The translations under genes were made by a program, and so were the position numbers. Below the pieces are notes generated by a model. It was not told the origin of the DNA, did no database searches, and saw only the letters and a list, made by a program, of their open reading frames with translations. This document shows positions 34,401 to 46,640 of a DNA stretch of 64,000 nucleotides, piece by piece. The stretch is from Macrostomum lignano. Its lineage: Eukaryota. The first letter of the stretch is position 1, and every line of letters starts with the position of its first letter. The stretch covers positions 62,001 through 126,000 of the forward strand of contig NIVC01000532.1 in assembly GCA_002269645.1 (NCBI GenBank), read 5' to 3'.

Positions 34401-37400
34401 AAATTGTTCGTGATAATCTCCACATAATCGATTTTTGGTATGATTAAATTTATCTTTTATTTCTTGCAATGAGGGTAAAGCATAGGAATAAAAAAGTAAA
34501 CAAGTTTTGGTTTTGAATTAACAGCAGACGTTATTAACATTGAAAGATCCATATTGTGGTAAATTTTTTATTTTATCTCGCATAACACATCTGAATGGTT
34601 TTATTTTTAATTCGCGTGCCCACCCCATATCTTTGTTTGAAACTATCCTAATTCATTATATGTTACTGAAAAACTATTTGTCTAAGTAAGTTTGGTAGTT
34701 CGGGGTTTTAACAATTCTTTGCGAGTTTTTTCTGCTTGAAGTTGCTTTAATTTAGTTAATTCGCTTTCGTAATTGTTTTTTGCTTTTTGTACTTTGGAGA
34801 CATGGAGAAATGAGACAGCGGAGAGGCAGATTCAAGGGCTACTGAGACAGTGGAGAGGCAGATTCAAGGGCTACTGAGATAGTAGAGAGGCAGATTCAAG
34901 GGCTGCTGAGACAGTGGAGAGGCAGATTCAAGGGCTACTGAGATAGTAGAGAGGCAGATTCAAGGGCTGCTGAGATAGTAGAGAGGCAGATTCAAGGGCT
35001 ACTGAGATAGTAGAGAGGCAGATTCAAGGGCTGCTGAGACAGTGGAGAGGCAGATTCAAGGGCTACTGAGATAGTAGAGAGGCAGATTCAAGGGCTGCTG
35101 AGACAGTGGAGAGGCAGATTCAAGGGCTGCTGAGACAGTGGAGAGGCAGATTCAAGGGCTGCTGAGACAGTGGAGAGGCAGATTCAAGGGCTACTGAGAT
35201 AGTAGAGAGGCAGATTCAAGGGCTGCTGAGACAGTGGAGAGGCAGATTCAAGGGCTGCTGAGACAGTGGAGAGGCAGATTCAATGGCTACTGAGACAGTG
35301 GAGAGGCAGATTCAAGGGCTACTGAGATAGTAGAGAGGCAGATTCAAGGGCTGCTGAGACAGTGGAGAGGCACATTCAAGGACTGCTGAGACAGTGGAGA
35401 GGCAGATTCAATGTCTACTGAGACAGTGGAGAGGCAGATTCAATGGCTACTGAGACAGTGGAGAGGCAGATTCAATGGCTACTGAGATAGTGGAGAGGCA
35501 GATTCAATGGCTACTGAGACAGTGGAGAGGCAGATTCAATGGCTACTGAGATAGTGGAGATGCAGATTCAATGGCTACTGAGATAGTGGAGAGGCAGATT
35601 CAATGGCTACTGAGATAGTGGAGATGCAGATTCAATGGCTACTGAGATAGTGGAGAGGCAGATTCAATGTCTACTGAGACAGTGGAGAGGCAGATTCAAT
35701 GGCTACTGAGATAGTGGAGAGGCAGATTCAAAGAGAGCCAAAGCGGCAGGCTGCATACCTTCTCCATGGAGTCTCCATTGAGCGCCAGGTTGATGAGCGT
35801 GAGCCAGTCCCTGTCCTCGCCAGCGGGCAGCTGCTCCACCAGTTTCTGCCGCTGGTCGCCAGTCAGGCCGGCAGAGGCAGTAGCTGACGCGGCAGCGGCA
35901 GCCTGTTTGGCGCAGTCGTCGAGGCCGCAGCTCAGAGCGGCGTACTCCAGCAAAGTGCACATGAGAGCGGCACCCAGCGACTTAGCCAAATGCTTATTAA
36001 GCGTAGCCTGCAGATCCGCATCGCCCAGAGCAGCCGCTCCGCGCTCAAACAGTCGCATCTGTTTGACCAGGGCGGCGGCGCGGGCCTGACAGGCGCCGCT
36101 AGCCTGCCGTTTATTAGCCGAATCGGCAGTTAAAACGCTGCCTAATCGACTCTGCAGATTAGAATTCAAAGTCGGCGACAGCAATTCGTAGACAGATTCG
36201 ATCAGCTCATCGCTAACGGAAGACTCGCCGAAGCCGGCCGCTTCTTCCTGCTTCTCTAGGGCTTGTCGAAGCTGGTTGGACACGTCCGAGAGGCTGACCG
36301 TGACCGAGTCCCGGTCCCTGCCGCTGTCAGTGCCCGCTTCAGACGCCGCCGCCTTGCCGCCGGCTTTGTTGGCAGCCCGGCCAGCGGCGTATTTATTTTT
36401 AGTGTTCTTCACTTTGATTTCCCGGCCCTGCGTACCGCCGCCCGATTTGATCTTGCCGATCGCTTGGCCGCCGCCTCCGTCATCGTCGGCATCTGTAGGG
36501 TCTAGCTGATGCTGGCGCCGCTGATGCTGCTGCTGCAGCAGGCTGGGATCTGATTTTACTAAAGCTTCGGCTCGCTCGTTTAGAAACTGATCGAACGATT
36601 GGCACAGATCGGCCAGCCACTTCCTGCTGATGACGTAATGCCCGGCCACCTGAACCAGGTCTGGCCGGGATCCTAGACGGGATAATTGGGGATATTATTT
36701 ATGATTATTCCAGTCTACCTTCACCTGATAACTTATCTGGTATCTATTTCAGAGCCTATCTACACCTTATAATTGATCTATTTCAGAGCCTACCTACACC
36801 AGATAACTGATATATTCCAGAGTCTACCTACACTTGTGTACCCTGATGAAAACGGTACCTAGACCAAGAGACGTCCCAGAGTCCCTTTTAAGTCCCCTTA
36901 GAGTCGTTTCAGAGTCATTGCAGGTTACACAGGTAAAATAGGAAAGAAGTGACTCGAGAGGACTCTAAAACAACGAGATGTCACGGTACAACTCGCCAAA
37001 AAGTCGTCAAAGAGTCAATTTGAGGCGTTTAATTGCCTACGACTTTGAAACTACTCTGGTTGCGACGCAAGTGACTCTGAGGCGCTTTTATATTGACTTT
37101 GGGGCTGTAGAGTCGTATCTGAGGGGCGCTAGAGTCGCTGTAGAATCACTGAGTTACGTCGAAAGCGCATCTGCGTCACTTCATGAATTAGAATCGCATT
37201 TCGCATTTACAACAACTCCATTTAGTCTACTTGAGTGAGTAGAAAGTTAAGCGCTAACACAACGACTCTTGGACGACTTTCGTGACTCCTACGATCCTGC
37301 AAAGAAAGTCAGAAGAGTCGCCCTTACCCAGCATAGGACTCAGCAGAGCGTCAACATCCGCATCAGTCAGTGGCACTGTAATCGCTTGGCCAACGTCCAG

Positions 37401-40400
37401 CCAACGAACGCCGTCTAGAGCGGCCTCTAATCCGGCTGACACATCCGGGCTGACAACGCAGGTCTTGAGCACAATGGGCTCCTGGCCGCTGTCAGCTAGC
37501 AGGCGGCGTAGGTAAGCCTTGGGCTCGGATACTAAACCGCAGCGGCGAACGGCTTCCAGCTCCATGTACTGATTCTGCGCGTGGAATCGGCGCGCCCAGT
37601 CGTCGTGAGCGGCGCTAAACGCGGACGGAACGTAGGTGGACTTGCCGCCCTGCGAGTGTATGTGGGGAGCGATAGGAATTGCTGGCTGAGCTTTCAACCA
37701 TCAAAAATTAGATACCAATCCTAAGACATAAGCGCCATTTTGGGTGTCAGAGGCGCCACATTGGGTGTCAGAGGCGCCATATTGGGTGTCAGAGGCGCCA
37801 TATTGGGTGTCAGAGGTGGCGCTTCGGGACTGGGGCAATCAGATGCGCAGATTTGAGCGGTAAGGTCGTAAAATAACTAAATCAGTAGTTTTACTACTTA
37901 CTAAAGTAGCGTATCTTACAATTGAGTAGCAGGCATCCTAGCCGTAGGGATCAGCTCATAATTTCGTATTTTATGAATCCAAAGGTAGAGACAGTATCCA
38001 GAATAAGAATTTTAATTGGCTGCATTCATGCGCATCAATAAATTAGGATGCAGTTAATTATCGGCTTCGTTTGATCTAAAAAAACACGCAAAAATACGTG
38101 CATATATAACGGTATGCATCAGAGACAATAATAACTAGATGGGTCATGGGCACTTGGCTTGGTAAAACTGTCTCGCTCGCTACTTTCAGTTCAGTAGCAA
38201 GGAAGAATGTGTAAGGTATTTTATAAAAATATGTACATTAGCCAGCGCCACTGGAAATGTACATGACAGGCAGCTATAGGGATTAGGCTGAAACACTGAG
38301 GAAGGCAATAAATGAGTCTTGTATTAAAATACATTAACATGCCTCTATTATTTCTACTGAACTGACAGTAGTTTACACGCAACTAATTTAGTATCCAATA
38401 TTTAATATCTGCTGTGCCGAAGCCCGCTCCGCGATATCACTAATTGGACGCCATAGCATGATCGACGAGAAAGATTTTGTTATACAATATAAAAAACACA
38501 AAAACGCTTACTTAGAAAGAAACAAGATCTGTGCGTTTTAATCCTCAGCACTGAGTACGAACATGAATGCTTTAAAGCATCTAGACCTTTTATCTAAAGA
38601 CCGATACAACCTGAGCATACTCAACAAAAGCCCTTGAGCAAGCACGCTGAAGAAAAGTCAAGCAATTGTTATCTATCGAGCTCTTTGGCCTGTATTTAAC
38701 TAATTTACCTGGAGTCCCCATAAATTCCATTGTAGCTTTTACGATTAAATCCTCAAGAATTCCTCTAGCCTTCACAATCCTGAGCAGTTCCCTCTAGCCT
38801 TCACAATCCTGAGCAGTTCCCTCTAGCCTTCACAGTCCTGAGCAATTCCCCTCTAGCCTTCACAGTCCTGAGCAATTCCCTCTAGCCTTCACAGTCCTGA
38901 GAAATTCCCCTCTAGCCTTCACAGTCCTGAGCAATTCCCCTCTAGCCTTCACAGTCCCGAGCAATTCCCTCTAGGCTTCACAGTCCGGAGCAATTCCCTC
39001 TAGCCTTCACAGTCCTGAGAAATTCCCTCTAGCCTTCACAGTCCTGAGCAATTCCCCTCTAGCCTTCACAGTCCCGAGCAATTCCCTCTAGGCTTCACAG
39101 TCCCGAGCAATTCCCTCTAGCCTTCACAGTCCTGAGAAATTCCCTCTAGCCTTCACAGTCCTGAGCAATTCCCCTCTAGCCTTCAGTCCTGAGAAATTCC
39201 TCTCTAACCTTCACAGCCCTGAGCAATTTTCCTCTAGCCTTCACAGCCCCGAGCAATTTTCCTCTAGCCTTCACAGCCCTGAGCAATTCCCCTCTAGCCT
39301 TCACAGTCCTGAGAAATTCCTCTCTAACCTTCACAGTCCTGAGCAGTTCCCCTCTAGCCTTCACAGTCCTGAGCAATTACCCTCTAGCTTTCACAGTCCC
39401 GAGCAATTCCCTCTAGGCTTCACAGTCCCGAGCAATTCCCTCTAGCCTTCACAGTCCTGAGAAATTCCCTCTAGCCTTCACAGTCCTGAGAAATTACCCT
39501 CTAGCCTTCACAGTCCTGAGCAGTTCCCCTCTAGCCTTCACAGTCCTGAGAAATTCCCTCTAGCCTTCACAGTCCTGAGCAATTCCCCTCTAGCCTTCAG
39601 TCCTGAGAAATTCCTCTCTAACCTTCACAGCCCTGAGCAATTTTCCTCTAGCCTTCACAGCCCTGAGCAATTTTCCTCTAGCCTTCACAGCCCGAGCAAT
39701 TTTCCTCTAGCCTTCACAGCCCTGAGCAATTCCTCTCTAGCCTTCACAGTCCTGAGAAATTCCCCTCTAGCCTTCCCAGTCCTGAGCAATTTCCCTCTAA
39801 CCTTCACAGTCCTGAACAATTCTCCTCTAATCTTTACAGTCATGAGTGATTCCAAAGACCCCCAGCGTTCCTTTTACAGTCACAAGCAATTCAGTCTGAA
39901 AATTCATAATCCAGTACAATTTCCCGTTAAACCTGAAACCATAGTCTGAGTTTCATCTTTGATCAAAAAAGCAATCGAACCTGAAATGCTCCTCGCAATT
40001 CTCCAGCCGAGTGCAACTCGTCCAGAACAGTTCTTAACAGTTTCTCTGGCATTCGCAGCTGACTGGCAGCCTGTTGAACAGTCAACGGCCTGATTGCCGC
40101 ATTGAAACAGCCGCGCACCCTGGCCCGGTGCCGACGCAAATAGCGATCGGTGAACAGCGCGTCATCCTCCTGGCTGCCCTGAATCACCGTGCCAGTGTAC
40201 TGTCGCACAATCGACGTTAAAGTCTGCGTTGGCAAGCCGTGCAATTTAGTTAATTCGCCCAGCGTCACGTGACCACGTTCGTAGAGAGCCTCATTAATTT
40301 CGTGAGCAACCCGACGAAAATAGACTTCGTGCATTAGCTCGCCATTAACTAGGTGCAACTCTGGGTCGGATTTGACCAGTTCGCGAACTCTCTGCTCCAC

Positions 40401-40676
40401 AGTGCCCAGGTCGATGTTCAAAGCCTCCTGCAAGGCGACAACATTGACTCGATGCTGGTGCAGCTCCAGCTCTTCGCGAATCTCTTTAGCCAACTCGGCT
40501 TCCGTTAGGAAAGCTTTACCGTCGCAGGTGTACACTAGTTTAATAAGGCCCATTTGGCTTAGTCGCTGCACAATTTCTATACAGTTTCGTTCTGTCAGAC
40601 GCTGTTTAGCGCTAGCCAGTTGAACTCGTTGCAGGTCGGCGGCGAGGCCGCGAATTTCGTCCCAGGTGGCTGACAT
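31465..40676 (-). CDS. UFL1: E3 UFM1-protein ligase 1
   Basis: Predicted exons 40676-39981, 37649-37328, 36672-35759, 31872-31465 in compatible phase. N-terminus MSATWDEIRGLAADLQRVQL...RLTERNCIEIV...DGK and C-terminal HAPGRAVPQLI match UFL1. Confidence 0.95.
33700..34800 (-). pseudogene. Decayed Polinton/Maverick (adintovirus)-like remnant: adenain-type cysteine protease and fibre-like repeat ORF fragments
   Basis: Minus-strand fragments 34628-34317 read LKIKPFRCVMRD..LP, VYF.SYALPSLQEI, QFQTFDKKYCGQAALYSLY. Fragments ~34250-33700 read DSYSKAEVDSAVNLKRDITDSY and VDMNSNRIIN. Stops and frameshifts present. Confidence 0.6.
34810..35730. repeat. 32-bp minisatellite (gagacagtggagaggcagattcaagggctact) in the last UFL1 intron
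   Basis: About 28 copies; remnant units also at ~31915-32015. Confidence 0.97.
36838..37280 (+). repeat. Unclassified dispersed repeat, copy 2 (extra ~200-bp internal segment)
   Basis: Matches 21405-21615 at both ends. Confidence 0.8.
38770..39840. repeat. 29-30-bp minisatellite (cctctagccttcacagtcctgagcaattcc) in UFL1 intron 1
   Basis: About 35 copies. Confidence 0.97.
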
Positions 40677-41214
40677 GTCTGTTTTTAGCTGCAATCGATG
40701 TTTTTTTTATTTTAGATGAGGCAGTGTCTGAAAGAATTACTTGACAATTAGACAAAAAACTTCTTAGAAGCAGGGCCTGGTTTTTGTAGTCGAAATATAA
40801 ATTTACTACGTTTTCAATCAAAGTTTTTCGTGTCTATTGAAAAGATTGCTTAAATTTTGTTGATCCTTTCTTAGGTATCAGAAATGTCCCAGGCGCTTGA
40901 GTCAATAAGCGAAAACTAGGCATGTATAACACAGTTTGGTTTTTATCTTGACTAACTGACGCAAAATTCAATTACAATTTATTCTGCAGCACTTAGCACT
41001 TAGACCGTAGACACTGCCACACAACAGGTTCCCCTTTGTGTAGGCCTAACTAACGGAGCAATGCTTGATTAAAAAGAACTTTTAAAACTTTAAAACGTAC
41101 TGAACAGCAATAATTGCACCCTATTATAGAGCTCTCGCCCAGTCGTGACTTTGATGAAAATAAAAAAGTTCTGTTTGACTGGCTTAATTACGGGTAGTAA
41201 CTAAAAAACCAAGA

Positions 41215-42358
41215 AATGGAATGAGAAACTTACATCCATGCTGATATAAGTGATGATTAGAGATGGAATGAGAAACTTACATCAATGCTGATATGTGATG
41301 ATTAGAGATGGAATGAGAAACTTACATCCATGCTGATATAAGTGATGATTAGAGATGGAATGAGAAACTTACATCTATGCTGATATAAGTGATGATTAGA
41401 GATGGAATGAGAAACTTACATCCATGCTGATATAAGTGATGATCAGGAGATGGAATGAGAAACTTACATCCATGCTAAAATAAGTGATCATTAGAGATGG
41501 AATGAGAAACTTACATCCATGCTGATATAAGTGATGATTAGAGATGGAATGAGAAACTTACATCCATGCTGATATAAGTGATGATCAGGAGATGGAATGA
41601 GAAACTTACATCCATGCTGATATAAGTGATGATTAGAGATGGAATGAGAAACTTACATCCATGCTGATATAAGTGATCATTAGAGATGGAATGAGAAACT
41701 TACATCCATGCTGATATAAGTGATGATCAGGAGATGGGATGAGAAACTTACATCCATGCTGATATAAGTGATGATCAGGAGATGGGATGAGAAACTTACA
41801 TCCATGCTGATATAAGTGATGATCAGGAGATGGGATGAGAAACTTACATCCATGCTGATATAAGTGATGATCAGGAGATGGGATGAGAAACTTACATCCA
41901 TGCTGATATAAGTGATGATCAGGAGATGGGATGAGAAACTTACATCCATGCTGATATAAGTGATGATCAGGAGATGGGATGAGAAACTTACATCCATGCT
42001 GATATAAGTGATGATCAGGAGATGGGATGAGAAACTTACATCCATGCTGATATAAGTGATGATCAGGAGATGGGATGAGAAACTTACATCCATGCTGATA
42101 TAAGTGATGATCAGGAGATGGGATGAGAAACTTACATCCATGCTGATATAAGTGATGATCAGGAGATGGGATGAGAAACTTACATCCATGCTGATATAAG
42201 TGATGAACAGGAGATGGAATGAGAAACTTACATCCATGCTGATATAAGTGATGATCAGGAGATGGGATGAGAAACTTACATCCATGCTGATATAAGTGAT
42301 GATCAGGAGATGGGATGAGAAACTTACATCCATGCTGATATAAGTGATGAACAGGAGA
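41215..42358. repeat. 48-bp minisatellite (gagatgggatgagaaacttacatccatgctgatataagtgatgatcag)
   Basis: About 24 copies, upstream of UFL1. Confidence 0.98.
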
Positions 42359-42864
42359 AAGTTTCGTGCACATCCCCGACCCCACAATATGGCCGGAGTA
42401 CATAAGGCTTAATTTACAACAAAAAATACTACGCTCGTAAAAAACCTATCCCGGTGCGTGACAAAACTAGAGAGGAAGATTGAGACAAACCCCAATCAAA
42501 CTAAAGCTCTAACTGCCAACAAACCTGTGCTAATCATCTACCGAGTTCCTGCTAAATTACTTTCTCAAAAAAATGAAACGAACAGAATCGATAAATAATT
42601 CCAAAGACAAAAAATCAACAGCGACACTAGGAAGGGCCGGGTTATACCAGTGCGCTATTCCGACATTATCGGCGCTCTCAGATATATTTGCTTAGAAATT
42701 CTCTAAACAGCATATAAACTGTAACGAAGCGCGTCATTGCGCTCAAGCATTGGCGTCGAAAATAGCGATACCTGGCAGAAAAAAGAGTGCCTGGTTGGCT
42801 TATCTAGACCATGAACTCGTGCAGAACGCAGTGTCCATCAGCGTCTGGTGCCAGAGTGTTCTCT

Positions 42865-42942
42865 TTACTTGCTTCTTTCCCTCATCTTCCTGCGCTTGCG
42901 TTTTAGCCGCCTCATACGCTTCTTGCGCCACTTGGCTCGCAT
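42865..42942 (-). CDS. RPL41: Ribosomal protein eL41, copy A (25 aa)
   Basis: MRAKWRKKRMRRLKRKRRKMRERSK*; splice acceptor 6 nt upstream of the ATG. Confidence 0.95.
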   Translation of the reverse strand: MRAKWRKKRMRRLKRKRRKMRERSK

Positions 42943-43129
42943 TTAGAACTGCAAAAAAGACAGACAATGGGTGACGCAAATTGAAAAGGAATAGTTTTGA
43001 CTGCTATCTATGAAACTAACGGATTAGCCTAGAAAAACCTTCGTGCACACGTGTTAGGACGAACAAAAGGGGACGAAATTAAGAGGGACATTTAGCTGCT
43101 TCAAATTGCTTACTAATTTGACTTTAGGG

Positions 43130-43445
43130 CAGGGGACGGTAAACTTTTTTTTAACTCAAGGGCCAGATAGAGAACCTAGCGCAAGACTGCGGGCCAGAGG
43201 AGGGAAGAGAGGAGAGGCAACACAGAAGAGCGATAGAAGGAGACGCAATGGAATAAAGGAAAAGAGAGGAGAGACGAAATAGGAGACGAAAGAAGAGAGG
43301 AGAGGGGAGCGGAGAGGAGAAAAGAGGAGAGAATAGAGGAAAAGAGAAAAGAGAGCTGAGAAGAGACAAACCTTGAGCGGTCCAGATTACTAATAGTGAA
43401 TTTTCAAAGGACCCGAGGGTCTGATAGAGGCTATGCGGGCCACAA
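43130..43445 (+). mobile_element. Partial copy of the hAT-type MITE
   Basis: caggggacggtaaactttt..gggccagatagagaacctagcgcaagactgcgggccaga followed by a GA-rich interior; no clear right TIR. Confidence 0.65.
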
Positions 43446-44301
43446 TGTGGGGATCAGCAACAAGCCGAATACCTGTGCAAACATTGTTAAGCTGCTGAAT
43501 ATTGGAGAAAGGCGATATCTTTAGCTAGTATAAACCGGTGATTAGTGTTTTGGGGATTTGGTTAGTCAAGGAAGTCAAGTCAAGGAAGCAGTTAAAACCT
43601 CCCATAAATGCCTAATAATAGCGCAAAGATTTTCGCAGGTTAAATACAATCGTGAGCAGCTTACTTGCATAATTAGATGGAAATATATAGACTATTTTGT
43701 AAACTAAAACAGTGCATTAATTTTAAAGCTGAATGCTCAACTTAGAAAATTCTACACTACGTTCGACAGTTAAAATAATAGCATGTGCAAGTTGGGGCAA
43801 ATCGGGTAGATTAGATCATTTTAAGTGGCTTCAGACTGTCTGGTTTGAAAACTAAAGACGCAATTAAGGTTGAAAAGCTTTCGATTTTTTAGCTTTAGAA
43901 AATAGGGTGCAGACGTGCAGTATAAAAGACTGTCCACGTCGTTTTTGGCGATATAATTTATAGATACATATTAGCTGTCTTGGTGAACGCAAAGCGCATG
44001 CGCCTTTTCAAATCCATTCCTTAGAACGCAGATTGCTCTTGACCTGCTCTGCCATGTTTGGGCAGAAAAATCAAGAATCCCTGAACCAACGAGCGCATGC
44101 AAGCAGTGAACAGTGAGCACACCCTAAGAAACCGAGTGTACAATACTGCCAAATGACTAAGTGACAAATAGAGATAACGAATTAGGCTCGAGAACAATTT
44201 CTTAAGCCTAGATAAAAGCAGGTGCCACATGCACGAGATTGCTACGACTGCTTACACGCGCCGTTGAGCATTTCAGCTGCAGGTTACATATTAGCGAAGC
44301 A

Positions 44302-45395
44302 ATGTGGCTTCGACTCGCTGTATTATTGCTATGCATGAAAGCTGCTCTGTCGACAGCAAACGAGCACGGCCTGCGACCTCTAGACAATGCTAGATGCTGG
44401 TGCGACTTTGAAAGTATGGCGACAGAATTGCAAGATCTTAATAAGCCAGATAGCAACCATGCGGAACAAGTCTTCAGCTTTGTAAACACGCTAATCTCGC
44501 TCAACTTTAAACTGACGAATTACTTCACGGACTTCCGTCAGTGCGTCAGACACTGGTTAGACAGCATTGGCCAGTGTCAGGCTAAGTGCTCGTGCCGAAA
44601 GGATACGGTCTGTTGCCGGAACAATGTCTTTGGTACTCTAGACAAAGGCATATTAACACTAAAGAAACAGGTAAAGCAGTCATTTACAGCTTATTCGCAC
44701 ATACCATTTTTAAATGACTATCACGGCGCAACATTCGACATCGTAAATGTATACTCTGGCGCTTTCTTCGAATTCCTGACGGCACTGAAGACGGGAAGGA
44801 CTAAAGCGGAGAATGAAATTGCGCATTTTCTGCCTTCTACAGGCGCATGGAAAAGGGAAAACCCTTGGATTCGATTTTTGCGATAACAATGCAGGGCAAA
44901 AATGGATCGAAATCAATAGTAACACGATTGGCTGATTTCTATGAATGCGATACAACTCAAGTGTTGCCATTCTACCGGAATGTTTACGGAGTAGTGCTCC
45001 AATTTCTAATGATGCGCGAGCTACACTCAGAGCTACACGCACCGCAAGGCAGCAGTCCAATTAGCCAGTTCAGCAGCGAGCCGGAATGGAAACACTATCT
45101 CAGACTGTCGGACAGCATGACAAAGCAGATAATCTATTGCAGCAGTAAAGAAATTTATCAGATCAGATCTCAAGAAATAAAAGACAAAGACATGGCGATG
45201 CGAAACGCAGCAATCGTGTTTAGCTGCTTCATACTGGCGCTAGTTATAATCATTGCTTTAATAGTATTCTTCGCGTGCAGGTCCAAGGCGGAAACTACGG
45301 TGACTATGCGCGAAGAACCTATCGGAAGATCCTACGAGGGTCAGGGTTACGGACATGACGCCCTAATGAAGCGCTACTACGAAACAGACGCGTAA
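44302..45395 (+). CDS. Orphan type I membrane protein A (signal peptide, helical Cys-containing ectodomain, TM, Tyr-containing tail); reading frame changes between ~44671 and 44895
   Basis: Signal MWLRLAVLLLCMKAALS; TM AAIVFSCFILALVIIIALIVFFAC; similar to paralogue B. Confidence 0.7.
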
Positions 45396-46640
45396 CTGCT
45401 AACACGTATGAGCCAATGTCTTGTTTGCAAAAAAATGTTCCTAAGCTTCTGAACTAATGACTGTCGTGTAATAACATTAAATGTTTGCAGACTCGACTAG
45501 TAAACCTATGATCGCCATCTGAAGTAATCGTTTAATTTGTAAAACTGCAGCATAATCTTACTGGCATTCTTAGCATTCCTGAATGTAAATAGACGCTAAA
45601 AGAAACGCTATTTAAACTGGCAAGATCATTGTAATTCACACTATTCTGCAAGAAACTCGTGAGGTCCCTCTTTAGCATTGTAACTCTCAAACGTAATTTG
45701 CCATAGTTTTATGAATGAATAGAGCAACTATGCATGTAAAGTATGCAGAACTTTAAGAGCTTTAGTTTACCATATTTTCTGTCGAGAGCTTTTTTTAATT
45801 AATCAACCGTAAGTGTAACTAAATTTAATTTACTTCTTTTTGAAAGAAAACACTTTTGAGCCAGGAAAATTTAGTTTATTCACTAATGTTTGTGCACAGA
45901 AACATTTTTTTTCTAAAATATACACTGTTACTGCTTATTTCTATTTTGAAATGCCAGATTACTTTGGCAACAAACTGGGGCAGAAGCTTGCGCTTTAAAT
46001 ATTTTGTGTCAATCTTAGTCTAATCCCTTATGAAAGTAATTAAGCCACCGTATTCTAATTGCAGTAAGGAATAAGAATAAATACAATATGTGCAATGTAC
46101 ATCATACTTACTAGACATCACACGAACTAGATTAGAAGTTCTTAACAGTGGCATCCTAACAATCATTGAAATGACCCCCTGCGCTAGGCTAGTGGCACCA
46201 TCTATTGCTTATAGAACTGCTTAAACTTAAACGACTCGTAACTTGTTATTGTCCTCATCCTTATCAACATTCACAAAACTGCAGGTACTTTAACACTTGG
46301 AGTTAACATAAAGCTCATAGTTAGGGACTGAAGCACTGTGAAGGCACTAAAAACCAGCAAAGCACACAAGTTTAGAGCTATTTGGCTAGCACAAACGTGT
46401 TACAGAACTTCCTGCCAAAAGGCTGAAGGTAAGGTGTGGGTGTCTTAACTACTAAGCCTAGCGACGGAGTGGGCTCTTACCAATAAACAAACAGTCGATG
46501 TGGTAAGAGAAGTGACAGACTATACCTATAAAATTAAGCTGGTTAAGTATCAAAGCATGGCTAATTCCTAGACAGAGGCAAAAGCCGCCGCATGGGCCAG
46601 AAAGAAAATTAGCGCCTAGCAAATGCTTTCTACAGCAAAC

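Noticed and set aside
36843-36875. Second functional hammerhead ribozyme
   Set aside because: GAAA is replaced by GAGA, there are extra unpaired bases and no stem I complement; kept only as a possible remnant.
44850-44862. Slippery G GGA AAA as the cause of the frame change in membrane protein A
   Set aside because: The heptamer is in the downstream ORF's frame, so it cannot shift ribosomes from the upstream ORF into it.
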